Assembly (NCBI RefSeq): GCF_028641065.1
Contig: NC_073388.1
Span: 25,606,001-25,670,000 of the forward strand
Direction of reading: 5' to 3'
DNA length: 64,000 nucleotides
Source of the DNA: Leucoraja erinacea
Taxonomy: Eukaryota
The notes beneath the pieces are model-generated. The model had not been told where the DNA came from and ran no database searches. It worked only from the letters and a program-made list of their open reading frames with translations. Of the stretch, positions 24,805 to 35,510 are shown piece by piece; within the stretch, counting starts at the first letter, position 1, and every line of letters begins with the position of its first letter. The position numbers were made by a program, and so were the translations under genes.

Positions 24805-26128
24805 TGTATAGCACAGGAACAGACGTTTCAGCTCATATTGTCTGTGCCAAACATAATGTTAAGTTAAACTAATCTCGTCTGCCTGCATGTGATCCATTTC
24901 TCCCCATTCACTGAATATTAATGTGCCCAGTAAACACCACCATTGTATCTGCTTCCACCACCACTCCTGGCAGCTCGTTCCAGGCACCCATTATTCTCTG
25001 TGTAAAAGACTTGCACTCCATATTTCCTTTATACTTTCCCCCGCTGACCTGAAGGCCATGTCCTCTTTGTCAATTCCATCCTGGGAAAAAGGTCCATCTC
25101 TATGCCTCTCATATACTTCTCCTTGCAACCTCTGATGTTCCAGAGAAAACAATCTTAGTTTGTCTAACCTATCTTTCTAGTTAATAACCTCTAATCCAGG
25201 CAGCATTCTTGTAAACCCCTTCTGCACCCTCTCCAAAGCCTCCACATCCTTTTTGTAACAGGACAACTGGGGCTGCACAAAATACTCCATCTACTACCAA
25301 AGCAAAGTTTTACAAAGCTGCAACGTGATTTCCTGACTCTTATACAATGCACTAACCAATGAAGGCAAGCATATCATACGCCTTCTTCAACATTCTACTT
25401 ACCTCTGTTGCTGCTTTCAGGGAGCTATGGCCTTGGACGTCAAGATCCCTCTGAACATCAATGTGTTAAGAGTCTTACCAACTGTATACTTTCCCCTTAC
25501 ACTTGATCTCCCTAAGTGCAAACCATCACATTTGCATGGATTAAATTCCATCTGTAATTTCTCCACCCATATCTGTAATCCTGCTGTATCTTTTGCCAGT
25601 CTTCTTCACTATCTCCAACTCCATCAATTTTGGTGTCGTCTGCAAACTTACTACCCTAACCCATCTACATTTCCATTCAGGAGACAAAACAAACTGCAGC
25701 TGCTGGAATCATGATAAAACACACATTGCTGGAGTTACTCTACAGGCCAGAGGATTTTCTGGAGTACATGGAGGTTTTTTTCTCCAGAGATGTTCCCTGA
25801 CCAGCTGAATTACTCTAGCATTTTGTGTGTATCTTAGGTATAAACCAGCATTTATGAAATTATGGATAGATGTTGTTTTGGGTCAGGACTCTTCTTCAGA
25901 CGTCAGTCTGAAAAAGCCTCCCTATAGGTACCAGAATAATCCTTGTGGAACACCACAAGACAACAACCTACAGCCAGAATACCACCCTTTCACCATCAGC
26001 CTTTGTCTTCTATGGGTAAGGCAGTTCTGAATCCAAACCAAGTCACCATGGATTCCATGCATCTTAATCTTTTGGACCATGAGGGTCCTTGTCAAAAGCC
26101 TTACTAAAGTCTATGTATACAATATCCA
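24805..26128 (-). mobile_element. Degenerate CR1-group LINE with Penelope-end inserts
   Basis: Minus strand gives SKFADDTK (ttggtgtcgtctgcaaactt at ~25630), GVPQG (ccttgtggaacacc) and DFSKAFDK (ttgtcaaaagccttactaaagtc). Confidence 0.75.
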
Positions 26129-26379
26129 CTGAAGAAGGGTCTCACCCGGAAACTTCACCTATTCATGTTCTCCAGAGATGCTGCCTGTCCTACTGAGTTA
26201 CTCCAATCACTGTCCTCCATTCATCAATCACCATCTGCTCCTCAAAAAAACTTATTGGTTTAGATATACAACATGGAAAAAGGCTGTAAACACAAAATGC
26301 TGGAGTACTCAGCGGGACAGGCAGCATCTCTGGAGAGAAGGCATGTGGGACGTTTCGGGTTGAGACCTTTCTTCAGACT

Positions 26380-26890
26380 GGAAATGGTCCTATGGCTCAG
26401 AGTCCACATTGACCATCGATCTCCAGGTTCACAATAGTTCGATGTTATCCCATTTTTGCACTCCTTACACTTTTCCTAGAGGAAATTTTACAAAGGCCAA
26501 TTAACCAACATACCCAAAGGTACACAAAAATGCTGGAGAAACTCAGCGGGTGCAGCAACATCTATGGAGCGAAGGAAATAGGTAACGTTTCGGGCCGAAA
26601 CCCTTCCTCTGAAGAAGGGTTTCGGCCCGAAACGTTACCTATTTCCTTCGCTCCATAGATGCTGCTGCACCCGCTGAGTTTCTCCAGCATTTTTGTGTAC
26701 CTTTGATTTTCCAGCATCTGCAGTTCCTTCTTGAACAACCAACATAGCCGCACGTCTTTGGGATGTGGAAGGAAACCGGAGCACCTAGAGGTTACAGGGA
26801 GAACGTCCAAACTCGACACAGATAGTACCCAAGGTCAGGATCGAATCCAGGTCTCTGACGCTGTGAGGCAGCAGTTCTACCAACTGTTCT
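26380..26890 (-). mobile_element. V-SINE (HE1-like) hosting a Penelope hairpin insert
   Basis: cacgtctttgggatgtggaaggaaaccggagcacc...acagggagaacg...ggtcaggatcgaatcc. Confidence 0.8.
26513..26736. mobile_element. Palindromic Penelope-end insertion with hammerhead-like core
   Basis: 92-bp arms (26515-26606 / 26614-26705) with 1 mismatch; TSD aaccaacata (26503-26512 and 26737-26746). Confidence 0.88.
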
Positions 26891-27394
26891 GCCCTTATTG
26901 TTGCATTTAATTAACAAACAGATTTTCTGATTAATTTATAACTGTTGCCTATGCATTATTTGTATCCGGAGGGCCTGTGTTTTGATAATTAAATGAGGGC
27001 ACTGTAGGTGTTCATCTTAATTTGTAATATTATCTTCCCTGCAACATGTAAATATGTATCTTAGAGGTGACGCAGTGTACATTTTGATGAAAAGCAGTCG
27101 ACACTTGCCCCGAGTCAAGTTGATTATTTCAGAAGTTGTAAATCTTAGTAAATCCTCTCCATCACCTTCCAATTTATCTCGTTCGCCGATGAGGCCATTT
27201 ACAACTGAGAGGGCTGGTTTGACGCGTTGTTTAATACGGCACAAATCAAACGAAGCCAAATGTTTAAACAGAAATGGAAACACTCGAGTGACACGTCCGT
27301 CGGGCCTGTGGTATTTTATCCCCCTGAATATAACGTGTGTGTAAGAGTAAACTCCTTGTTTGGAGGATTTAGGTAACGCACCTTCTACCCTTTC

Positions 27395-28500
27395 GTGCGC
27401 TGCGTTATTTTGTTGCAGTTACTGCAGATTTTGCCCGATTCCAGTGTTTTTTTTTGTCGTGGCAGCGCATCAGCCTGCGCTCTGCTCTACCCTGCGGCTC
27501 AGGCTGCAGCTCCTCAGCTGCCTCGCTCTGACGTAACCCCGAAAAGCCGGTGCGGGCGGGCGGGCGGGCCGGCGGTCGGGCGCGCGCTTCGCCCGCCGCC
27601 GCCGCCAGATCGAAGCCTAATTGGCGGGGCCTGGAGCCGGGCAGCGTCAGGCCCCTGGCAGGCAGCAGACGGCATCGCGCCTCGCCTCAGACCAGAGCAA
27701 GGCAGGGGAGGGAAGGCAACAGCACAACGAGCAAGTTGCCGGTTTAAGCAGTGACTGGGCCCGCCCAGCGGGGGAGGGCGCCGAGTCCAAGGGCGCGCCT
27801 CGGGCCCCGTACTGAGGTAATTGAAGGGCGGGCCGAACTAGGCCGGGTTAAGGCCGCAGTTAGGCCGCGGCCCTGTTCCTCGCTCCAGCCCCGACAGACT
27901 CGATGTAAGGCCTGAAATCTCAACGGACCAAAGGGAAGAAGCCCACCGAGAAAGGGAGGGAGAGACGGGGGATATTTTCGTCGTTCAGTCCCAGACTTTC
28001 GGCCGTAGAGAAGGAGGAGAACGGCAGCCCCGAGGGAGAAACTGGAGTGAGTTATTTTCTTGTGCGCGGCCAGGTTCAATGAAATTAAACAAAGTAAAAT
28101 ACGGGAGGAAAGGAGAGCGGGACGGCCAAATTTGGGGTTTAGGCCTTGGCCAACAATATATACGGAGGTGATCGCCCCCGAATCTGCGAGGACAAGCGCT
28201 AGGAACAGGGAGCGTAACATGGCGGCGAAACAACATGTCGGCGACTGGGCGGGTGATTGGTGTCTGAACCGTGGAGGGAGGGGTAAGCGGCCATGATCGG
28301 CCTTCTTTCCTCGCGTCTAAACCTCACTGCAATCGCCTCACCTTCCATGGGGTTGTAGCTCTGATGCGATTGGAAAATGGCATGTATGCGCCGAGAGATT
28401 TGCAGCATTTAGGAACAAACATGACTATTCGGACCTATCATACGCGCACACACATCGTTCAACTGCAGACTGCGGTTTGAGATCGGCCTTCGCTGAGCGA
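27395..28500 (+). promoter_or_regulatory. CpG-island promoter of ZNF711
   Basis: Non-repetitive GC/CpG-rich block 16 kb upstream of the first coding exon. Contains GC boxes, CRE-like tgacgtaa (27529), inverted CCAAT (27620, 28256) and YY1-like aacatggcggc (28216). Confidence 0.8.
27700..27816 (+). other. ZNF711: Candidate non-coding first exon of ZNF711 (start uncertain)
   Basis: Donor GAG|GTAATT at 27816/27817 within the CpG island; alternative donors at 28047 and 28283. Confidence 0.4.
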
Positions 28501-29124
28501 GATATTTCTAACCATTGTATTGCCAGCGATGTTGCAGCATGCTGGTTAAGCTTGAAAAACTGTCGTTTTAATTCACTATACATGATCGTTTTCCGCTTTA
28601 AAAAATATTAAATTGGAACAGAATATTTCTATCAAAGTTAAAAATGTACGGACATTCACTCGTATCTTTTAACTGTTTATCCCAAATCCGTTTGACCTAT
28701 CCCTTTGTTAGAATTAGCAAAAGAATTCCCGCCCCCAGCCAATTTCTAACTACGTCGTAAGGCTCCCTCTGCCTGAAATCTGTTTGTGTTATTTATGCAG
28801 TACCCGTGGGAAAAGTGGTTACCTGCCTCTAGATTTTGTAATGTTACTAACGCCTATTCAAAATAACGTTTGAACTGTAAAGAATAATGCTTTGTAGTAT
28901 TACATTATGCTAGTAGGACGGAAATCACAATGTGGATGCTACAAATATGAGTTAAAACAAAAATTGCAAATATTTATTGTTGTGCAGAATCAATGCATAA
29001 AGAAAGGAAATTAATGTTTCAAGTCAATGACCAAAGGTCACACATTTGAAATATTAATTTCCGTTTCTTCTCCACAGATTCTGTCTGACCTGGTGATTTT
29101 CTGTATTTAAAATGTTATCCTCAT

Positions 29125-29340
29125 GGATGTGAGGGTGGCTGTAGAGCCAGCGACTCCGATTCGACCCTGCCCTCGAGTGCTGTCTGTGTGGAGTCTGCAT
29201 GTTCTCTGTGATCCCGTGAGTTTCCTCCCACATCCCAAAAACGTGTGGTCTCTAAAAAATTGCTCCTAGTGTGTAAGGATTGGATACAAAAATTAGATAA
29301 TTTAGAACTAGTGTGAACAGGGGATCAATAGTGAATGAGG
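29125..29340 (+). mobile_element. V-SINE remnant
   Basis: gtctgtgtggagtctgcatgttctc...tttcctccccacatcccaaa (V domain) after a B-box-like gattcgaccc. Confidence 0.75.
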
Positions 29341-29514
29341 ACAGATGGACCGAAGATAGGTGGAGGGGAAGGTATTGTGGAGGAAGCAGGGTATCTGCAA
29401 AAGGACTTGGACACGTAGAGGGTGCGGGCAAAGAAGTGGCAGATGTAATACAGTGTAGCAAAGTCATGATCGACACAAAAAGCTGGAATAACTCAGCCGG
29501 TCAGAAAGCATTTC

Positions 29515-29934
29515 GGGAGGTAGACAAAAGTGCTGGAGAAACTCAGCGGGTGCAGCAGCATCCATGGAGCAAAAGAAATAGGCAACGTTTCGGGCCTCCT
29601 CCATGGCCAGAGTGAGCACCACCGGAAATTGTAGGAGCAGCACCTCATATTCCACTTGGGCAGTTTGCACCCTAGCGTCATAAACATTGACTTCTAGAAT
29701 TTCCTGTAGCTCTTGCTGTCTCCTCCCCTTCTCAGCTTTCCCTCAGCCCTCGGGCTCCTCTTCCTTTCTCTTTTCTTCTCCCTGCTCCCTCCCCCACACC
29801 GTACATCAGTCTGAAGAAGGGTTTCGGCCCGAGATGTTGCCTATTTCCTTTGCTCCATAGATGCTACTGCACCCGCTGAGTTTTTCCAACACTTTTGTCT
29901 CCCTTCGATTTTCCAGCATCTGCAGTTCCTTCTT
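29515..29934 (+). mobile_element. Penelope 3' fragment with inverted 5' piece, nested in another Penelope end
   Basis: Encodes a GIY-YIG C-terminus (RKL.EQHLIFHLGSLHP), then the terminal repeat; TSD aagcatttc at 29506-29514 and 29935-29943. Confidence 0.85.
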
Positions 29935-29968
29935 AAGCATTTCTGGAGAAAAGGAATAGGTGATGTTT

Positions 29969-31830
29969 TGTGTAAGAAGGAACTGCAGATGCCAGTTTAA
30001 ACCAAAGATAGACACAAAAAGCTGGAGTAACTCGGCAGTATAGGCTGCATCTCTGGAGAGGATCGATGGGTAGTGTATATTAGACTATCTTCAGGGATGG
30101 GAGGGGGAGTTGAAGTGCTGAGCCACCGGGAGATCAGGTTGGTTATTGCGAAGGTGTTGGGCGAAGCGATCACCAAGCCTGCGCTTGGTCTCACAAATGC
30201 AGAGCAGTTGACACCTAGAGCAGTGGATGCGATAGATGAGGTTGGAGGAGATGCAGGTGAACCTCTGACACACCTGGAAAGACTGTTTGGGTCCTTGAAT
30301 GGAGTCAAGGGGGAAGGTAAAGTGACAAGTGTAGCATTTCCTGCGGTTGCAAGGGACAGTGCCAGGAGAGGGGGTGGTTGACGGGACGAATTGACCAAGG
30401 AGTTACAGAGGGAGCGGTCTCTGCGGAAAGCAGACGGGGAGGAGATGGGAAGATGTGGCCAGTGGTAGGATCCTGTTGGAGGTGGCGAAAAAGTCGAGGG
30501 ATTATTTGTTGTATGTGACGGCTGGTAGGGTGGAAGGTGAGGACAAGGGGGACTCTGCCCTTGTTACGAGTGGGGGGGGATGGGGATGGGGAGTGAAAGA
30601 GTTATGGGGTATAGAAGAGACTCTGGTGAATGCCTCATCTATACTAGAAGAGGGGAAGCCCTGTTCCCTGAAGAATGAGGACATCTCCTATGCCCTGGTT
30701 TGGAACACCTCATCCTGGGTATAGATACAGTGTAGACGGAGGAATTGGGATTAGGGGATGGAGTCCTTACAGGAAGCAGGGTGGGAAGAAGTGTAGTCTA
30801 GATGTCGGTGAGTAGTCCTCTCACCTGCGATGGAGATATTGAGGTCTAGAAATGGTAGGGAAATGTCGGAATTGGTCCAGGTGTATTTGAGTGCCGGATG
30901 GAAGTTAGTGGTGAAATGGATGAAGTCCGTGAGTTGTGCATGGGTGCAGGAGGTAACACCAATGCAGTCGTCGGTGTAGTGGAGGAAGATTTCGGAGATA
31001 GGGCCATGGTATGCCTCGAACAAAGATTGTTCGACGCACCCTACAAAGAGGCAGGCATAGCTTGGGGCCCATGCGCGTATTGTATTTGGAGGAAATGGGA
31101 GGAGTCAAACGAAAACTTGTTCGGGGTAAGGACCAGCTCCGCTAAGTAGAGGAGAGTATCAGTAGACGGGGATTGGTTGGCTCTGCGGTCGAGGAAGAAA
31201 CTGAGGGCTTTAAGATGAGGGAATGGGGGCCTGGAAAATGGAAGTCATGGAGTAGATGAAGAGCGTGTGAGGTGTCTTGAACATAGGTAGGGTGGAATTT
31301 AACCAGGGGGATAGGATGGATTCGAGGTATGTGGAAATAAGTTTGTTAGGACACGAACAGGCAGAAACAATGGGTCTGCCAGGACAGTCAGGTTTGTGGA
31401 TTTTGGGGAGAAGGTAAAATCGGGCCGTGCGGGGATGGGGAACGATGAGGTTGGAGGCTTGGGAGGGCAGGGAGCCGGAAGTGATGGAGTCAGTGATCGT
31501 GTTAGAGATCATGGCTTGGTGCTCGTCTGTGGGGTCATTGTCCAAGGATAATTAGGAGGAGGTGTCTGAGAGTTGGCGCGTGGCCTCAGCCTTGTAGAGA
31601 TCAGCGTTCCTGACTACCACGGCACCTCCCTTGTCGGCAGGTTTGATCACCTAGTCTGAGTTGTTGCAGAGTGAGTGGAGGGCTGAACGTTCAGGGGGGA
31701 AGAGGTTAGAGTGAAAAAGGGGAGTTGAGAAGTTGAGGCGGTTGATGTCCCGCTGGCAGTTTAAAGTAAAAAGGTCTAAAGCAGGTAGGTGGCCATGAGG
31801 AGGAGTCCAAGAGGAGGGGGTCCGTTGGAA
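29969..31830 (-). mobile_element. Penelope-like element (RT + GIY-YIG endonuclease), degenerate
   Basis: ARFYLLPKIHKPDCPGRPIVSAC, HYTDDCIG, LPFLDL (RT); RFTCISSNLIYRIHCSRC...ETKRRLGDRFAQH...VAQHFN (GIY-YIG). Confidence 0.93.
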
Positions 31831-33566
31831 TTCTACTGCTGCATCACCCAATGTGCCAATTAGTATGTGTGCTAATTCCCCATCACCAGCGGCATTGCTC
31901 CTGGAAAACTGCAGATCTATATCTTTATTGTGGGGGGGGGGGGGTGAATCCATCGATCTATATTGCTACATTGATATATTGAAGTATTGTTGACCTGATC
32001 ATATTCAATGTCAGTACTAAATATTTTTATTTTAGCCACTTGTCTCATTGGTTGATTTTCTTACCATTTGAATTCTCCTCTCTCCCAAACTATTAATCGG
32101 CACACTCTTTAACAGGATTGCAGAGATCTCTTAAAAATGGTAGAAATTTATTAAAAAATTCAAAATACTTGCACAGGCTCAAGACATGAATTTTCAGAAA
32201 TTCTTAAAATAAAATATGACTGTATTGATGACTAATATAATGGCTGAATGGTACTTTATCGTCACATGAACCTAGGCACAGTAAAATTGTTTTTTTACAT
32301 ATGGTTCATTAAAAATCTTAAATACATAAGAGACAATCATGCTTAAGTGCAATAGTGTATGGTAGATTAAACTGAGACAGTGTACAAGAGATTCACAACC
32401 AGATGTTTTACAGCAAAGAGGAGAAAACATTTAAAAATGTTAAAAGTATTTCAGAAGGTCCCACATTTTGTGCTTTGATTCACATTCCTCAATCCTTCCC
32501 GTTTAGCATGGCTGTCTAGCCCTGAATCAAAAATGATTGGGAAAATAAAGCATTCAATTAAAATGTCTAAATGTTTAAATAAGTCTGAAGGGACATCAGT
32601 TTTGGAGTTAAAAATGGAAACAATTCATAATTATATTTCCCTTATAGTCCAATCAGACTCTGGCAGACTGGGTTTATCAATATCTTTTGTTTCCACTAAG
32701 CTGCCTCTTAATTCTCCTTTTGGAAAAGTCATGATTTGACCGTAAAAGGATATCTCTGAAAGAGATCTGCAAATGTGCAAATCTATTTAACAAGAAACCC
32801 TCCAGCTGCATTGGCAAGTATTTGTAATTATGTCCAATGCTGTATAACTTTGTGTGGCTAAATATCTAGAGAAGCCATTTAATTAACAAAGGAGTAAGGT
32901 TATACCCCACAGTGATGTTTTATATTTCAGGCGGTTTTATTTATGTTAATTAAAATTGAAAGATATGGGAAAGAGGGTTGAGATGTGTTGGACAGATGGA
33001 AAAGTATGTTTGAACTTGACATGTAAACAGTCACAGATAGGAAGTGGGCACCGGTTTCCAATTTATAAACTGTCCTAAAGGCTGAATATCGTACTATGGG
33101 GCATGGCTGAGTTGAGGCCAGATGCCTCAAAGAAGAAAATCAAAGGAAGAGTTGTTGCTGGCCAACTGTTGACAAGCAGAATCAAATACACAGGACAAGA
33201 TGTTAAGAAGTCCCTTGTGCCAATAGGTGGGGAGCATTTCACGACATTCGTTGATTGTTGAGAGTGGTAGACGCTCAACATCGGTGGGGGGGGGGGGGGG
33301 GGGGGGATACGTATATCTTGGCTTGGGTAACCTTCAGGACAGTTGGGCACAGGACACAACATCAGTAGTGTACCCTTGCATCACTGGGTGTTTCGGCCTT
33401 TTAACACTATACACCCTCCACAAGGGCGGCCCGCTGCATCACTCCAGGGTGTTTCAAACCGTCCCAAAGGACTTTTGGGGCCCAGCACAAGGGAAACATA
33501 TCACGCATGTCAATGTAACCTTCACCGTGGACAGTTGGGCCCAGGAGGAAACATCATTTATATTTT

Positions 33567-33798
33567 ACAAGATACAAGATGCATTTAATTGTCATTTGGA
33601 CCCCTTGAGGTCCAAACGAAATGCCGTTTCTGCAGCCATACCTTACAAACACATAGACCCAAGACACAACATAATTTACATAAAAATCCATCACATCGCT
33701 GTGATGGAAGGCCCACTTATCCTCCCACAGCGATGGCGATTGTCCCGCGGCCATTAAAGCCACGCCGGGTGATGCAAGGTCGCACACCGGGGGTCTTG
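33567..33798 (-). mobile_element. Truncated second copy of the 1445-2357 retroposon
   Basis: atttaattgtcatttggacccc...ggtccaaacgaaatgccgtttctgcagccatac is shared; tail is (TCTTGTA)2. Confidence 0.85.
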
Positions 33799-35077
33799 CG
33801 GCCTTCAACCCCGCTGCAGGATGATCAGCCCCTCAAAAGCGCTCCCTCCAGTGTCTCGGTGCCGTGTCAAACCGTCCCAAAGATTCACCCTGACGTACTT
33901 GGGGCCCAGCATGGGTCTTTCCGCTTGAGGAAACGTCATTATAACGTCAAAGCAGCCTGCGCATATCGGTGAAGTAGAAGTATCGAAAGTCTGCCATTGA
34001 ATCCTAAATTCTATTATGTTACAAAAACTTACAACTTAGTATTGTTTAAGGCATGCAATTATAATTTATGCTTTATCCTTGTATTACCCATATTATGATG
34101 CATTTTATGGTCTAATACGCAATGCATTCAAAATTATACTGAATTATATTGAATGTTTCTGTTTTGTTTAAAAAGTATGATTTGTTTCATAAAAGTTGGT
34201 AAAAATTACTGAATGCCTAACCTTTTGGTAATTTGTTATTTTGGTGCTTAAATTATTGTTTTTGTTGCTTAATGTTTTGAAGCTTAGACACTCAATATTG
34301 TCCTCATAGGAACTAATCATTTACAAAATAACTCATTTCATTATTCATCATGACATGTAGAAACAAATTTACATTTACAGAAACAAATCTTTGGGTTAAA
34401 AATGGGGTTTGTTGCACAGTGGTTATGTTCATCATCCAGCAGTTCATTGTGTTCATATTTTTTCACGACAGTTTCAATGCCAATTTCCATTTCATTTTCA
34501 AAAGAGAAAATAATAGATATAGGTTCATTGTTCGATATGTATCTATAAAGTCATAAACATATTGTTAAATGTCCATTTGGATTACTCATTTCCAGGTGGA
34601 AGAAATGTTTAGTGACCATGAAATTGACAAATGGTTATGAGTGCTGGTTCTCATTCAGCCTGTGCTATAATTAGCCTCCATATCCTCGCTTTACAAGTGG
34701 AACTGGTTATGGATAAACTCAGAGATGTGACCCATCCCTGGCTCAGTTTTAACCATCAAAATAGATAAGAGAATGTTCAGAGTGCATTTCACTTATCGAA
34801 AACAAAGTGCTCACTTGGTATTGTTGCAACCTATGTGCATGTCAGCATGCTGCTTTTTGCCAAGGGATCACATAGTTTTTCAGTTGTTGCAAGTGGTGAT
34901 CAATGATTGAATAACCATGGAGAGCAGAGGGCTTAATGAATCCACAACAAAAACACACTAAGCTGTGCGTATAAGTGAAGTTGGAATGGAAATAGATAAT
35001 ATATAACATCAGAGTTGGTTGTGTGTCAGAACTGGAAAATCCCCACATTCCTATGAATCACTGGTCCACTGGTAAAG

Positions 35078-35510
35078 CAGGGGTCGGCAACCCCCCCCCC
35101 CCCCCCCCCCCCCCCATAATACAGAATCATCCGGCCTGCCGGGCCCCCCGAGCAGCAGCGGCCGGGCGCCCCGAGCAGCAGCCGAGCTCTGGCTGTACGC
35201 ATCCTGCGCAAAGCCGCCACACGGCCGCGCACCTTCAGTGAACACGTTTAAGAAAGAACTGTAGATGCTGGAAAAATTGAAGGTAGACAAAAATGCTGGA
35301 GAAACTCAGCAGGTGAGACATGCAAGAATAGCATGAGGCTAACCCCCCCCCACACACACACTGAGTTTCTCCAGCATTTTTGTCTACCTTTGAACACGTG
35401 ATTTGATGCCTGCCATCCGGGGCGGGATGCATGTGCACACGTGATAGATGCGGCCCGACATCCGCTCACAGACATGCAGCCCCTATGTAGAACAAGTTTG
35501 ACGACCCTTG
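35078..35510. mobile_element. hAT-like MITE with nested Penelope-end insert (35248-35390)
   Basis: Termini caggggtcggcaacc / gtttgacgacccttg; the nested insert is flanked by TSD tgaacacgt (35239-35247 and 35391-35399). Confidence 0.7.

Noticed and set aside
26513-26736. Long hairpin as a miRNA precursor or DNA-transposon MITE
   Set aside because: The arms are Penelope terminal sequence (contiguous with GIY-YIG coding at 29596-29934). TSD lengths vary among copies, unlike the fixed TSDs of DDE transposons.
27017-27344. ORFs beside the CpG island as a divergent gene
   Set aside because: No recognisable protein, non-ATG or weak starts, and no exon chain; an antisense non-coding transcript cannot be excluded.
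27395-28480. Overlapping ORFs in the CpG island
   Set aside because: Expected from stop-codon scarcity in GC-rich DNA; the ZNF711 start is at 44566.
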